From assembly GCF_036321535.1 (NCBI RefSeq), contig NC_087436.1:34412001-34476000 (forward strand): a stretch of 64,000 nucleotides of DNA, written 5' to 3'. Each line of letters begins with the position of its first letter. Positions within the stretch are counted from its first letter, which is position 1. The position numbers and the translations under genes were made by a program. The notes beneath the pieces were generated by a model. That model saw nothing but the letters and a program-made list of their open reading frames with translations. It had not been told where the DNA came from and ran no database searches. Positions 62,501 to 64,000 of the stretch are shown one piece after another. This stretch comes from Camelus dromedarius. Lineage: Eukaryota.

Positions 62501-64000
62501 GATTTAAGTACTTTGAATAATAAGTAAATATTTAAGAGTATAAAGAAACTAGATACAGAATACACATTTTAAAAAGAAAGCATCCTGCTTTGACACAGAC
62601 CGAATAAAGAATATGGTATACTTTCAAAAATATTCCATAGCTTTCAATAGAATGTAATGGAAAAATGTCTTAGCTATTCGATTATTTCCTGTACAATAAA
62701 AACAAAATAAAACAAAGCTGGGTTCTGAGCAAGGTTTGAAGAGTGAAGTAATTGCAAAGATTTCAAAGAAAAAAACAGCTAAAAGGAGTTGTTGAGAATG
62801 GTATATTCACTAGTGGTAATTTATATTGTGGATGGTTTTTTCAGTGTGCAAACCAATGGGGAGATTTGAGAGCTGAACTCATTTTTGTCGTGTTGCTTGC
62901 TTTTTCCTGCTTTCTCTTTGGCACTGTTATTAAAACACTCCCATTTATACCTGCAAGCGTCAGACTGGCATTTTTTACTTGGCATACAGTGCAAATGACT
63001 TCTCAAGGGCATCAATTTGCCATGCTATCAATTCTTTTGTTTAATTCTTTAAGCAGAGCCTGAGGACGTACTACGCTCAATGAATTTTTGTTAAATAAAT
63101 GGTTTAGTGCAGAGGTAGCTCAGTTAGAGCTTTATTTTCTGGCATGTCATCTAATTTGGTACTCATACACTGCTGGCCACAGAGTTTCTTAAGGTCTAAT
63201 TTGCTTCAATAACATCACATGAACCGACCTGTATACTTTGGCAGGAGCATCCTGATCCTGTGCTTTTGATTATGTAGTTTTGTAAAATGCCATATTTGGA
63301 GTCCTATACTTTTATAAATTATAACTTAGTACAAGCAACATGTATGTTATGAAGGTTAGCCACCACAGTAGAAGTAGAATTTCTCGTAGAGAGAGAAATG
63401 AACACGATGAAAATAAGGTAGATAATTTTGCAACCATTCAGTAACATCGGCTTTCATCATCTAAATAATGATTCTTATTGCAACATTAAAGTAATATATT
63501 TTACATCTCAAAAATTCTTTGTAACTTCTTTAGTAAACAGTTTTGGTAAATTTAAGTACGACTGGTGTTTCAACGTTAAAATTTTTCCATTGTTGTCATT
63601 ATGACTAAGTCTGTTGTCTTTATTCAGATCAGCTATTATCAGGAAAAATAAAAAAGAAAATCAAACACAATATTGCAAAATTAACCACCAACAACCAATT
63701 TGACATTGCCAAATTTGTTTTATGTTTATGATTTCAAGTTTTGCTTTCTCTTACTTGTAGCAAGAACTTACAGGCAGCTGTATAACACTCCGAATTGAGA
63801 CTCCTTAGAGATTTTTATAATTTTCCTGCTGATATTTTATGGTTGCCTCACCCATACCTGTTTTATCAGCAATTTATTTTCAAGAAAATTTCTATTACTC
63901 ATTATTTTTGTAGTATTCAATTTAATTTTTATGAAAGTAATTTTCTTCTGACAACCGAATACCATTGCTTTGTATACTATTGAATTACATTGCATAATTA

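Noticed and set aside
62050..63900. Old hAT transposase relic on the minus strand (WWLT, CSEPSF)
   Set aside because: Similarity too weak and scattered to support without an HMM search.
1..64000. Remaining 60-117 aa ORFs as protein-coding genes; prokaryotic features such as CRISPR arrays or operons
   Set aside because: The ORFs are short, often start at TTG/GTG, overlap repeats and show no recognisable domains. The DNA is mammalian and has no repeat-spacer array.

Overview
AT-rich, CpG-poor mammalian genomic DNA with no CpG island and no recognisable intact protein-coding gene. Five tRNA-Ala(AGC)-derived SINEs share an AAATAAATAAA(C/T)CTAATTACC-CCC tail, and there is a young L1 3' end; together these point to a camelid (alpaca/llama/camel) genome. 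Much of the window is recognisable interspersed repeat (L1, L2, MIR, MaLR/ERVL/ERV1 LTRs, hAT and Tigger MITEs), and the supplied short ORFs are almost all chance or repeat-derived. The most interesting signal is a ~0.9 kb degenerate pogo-superfamily transposase (~41945-42860, + strand). Its motifs are colinear with the HTH+DDE tail of the domesticated gene POGZ, no TIRs are visible, and it is bracketed by a possible splice acceptor and an AATAAA. It may be a decayed terminal exon of a lost POGZ-like gene rather than an ordinary transposon copy. Also notable: a three-level nested insertion (MLT1 > ERV LTR > twin-primed L1 with a 16-bp TSD), an L2 whose 3' segment appears inverted in place, an unidentified coding-like stretch at ~54-55 kb, and several candidate + strand exons. 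Repeat family names and reference protein motifs were recalled from memory, not searched. Boundaries of old repeats are approximate.
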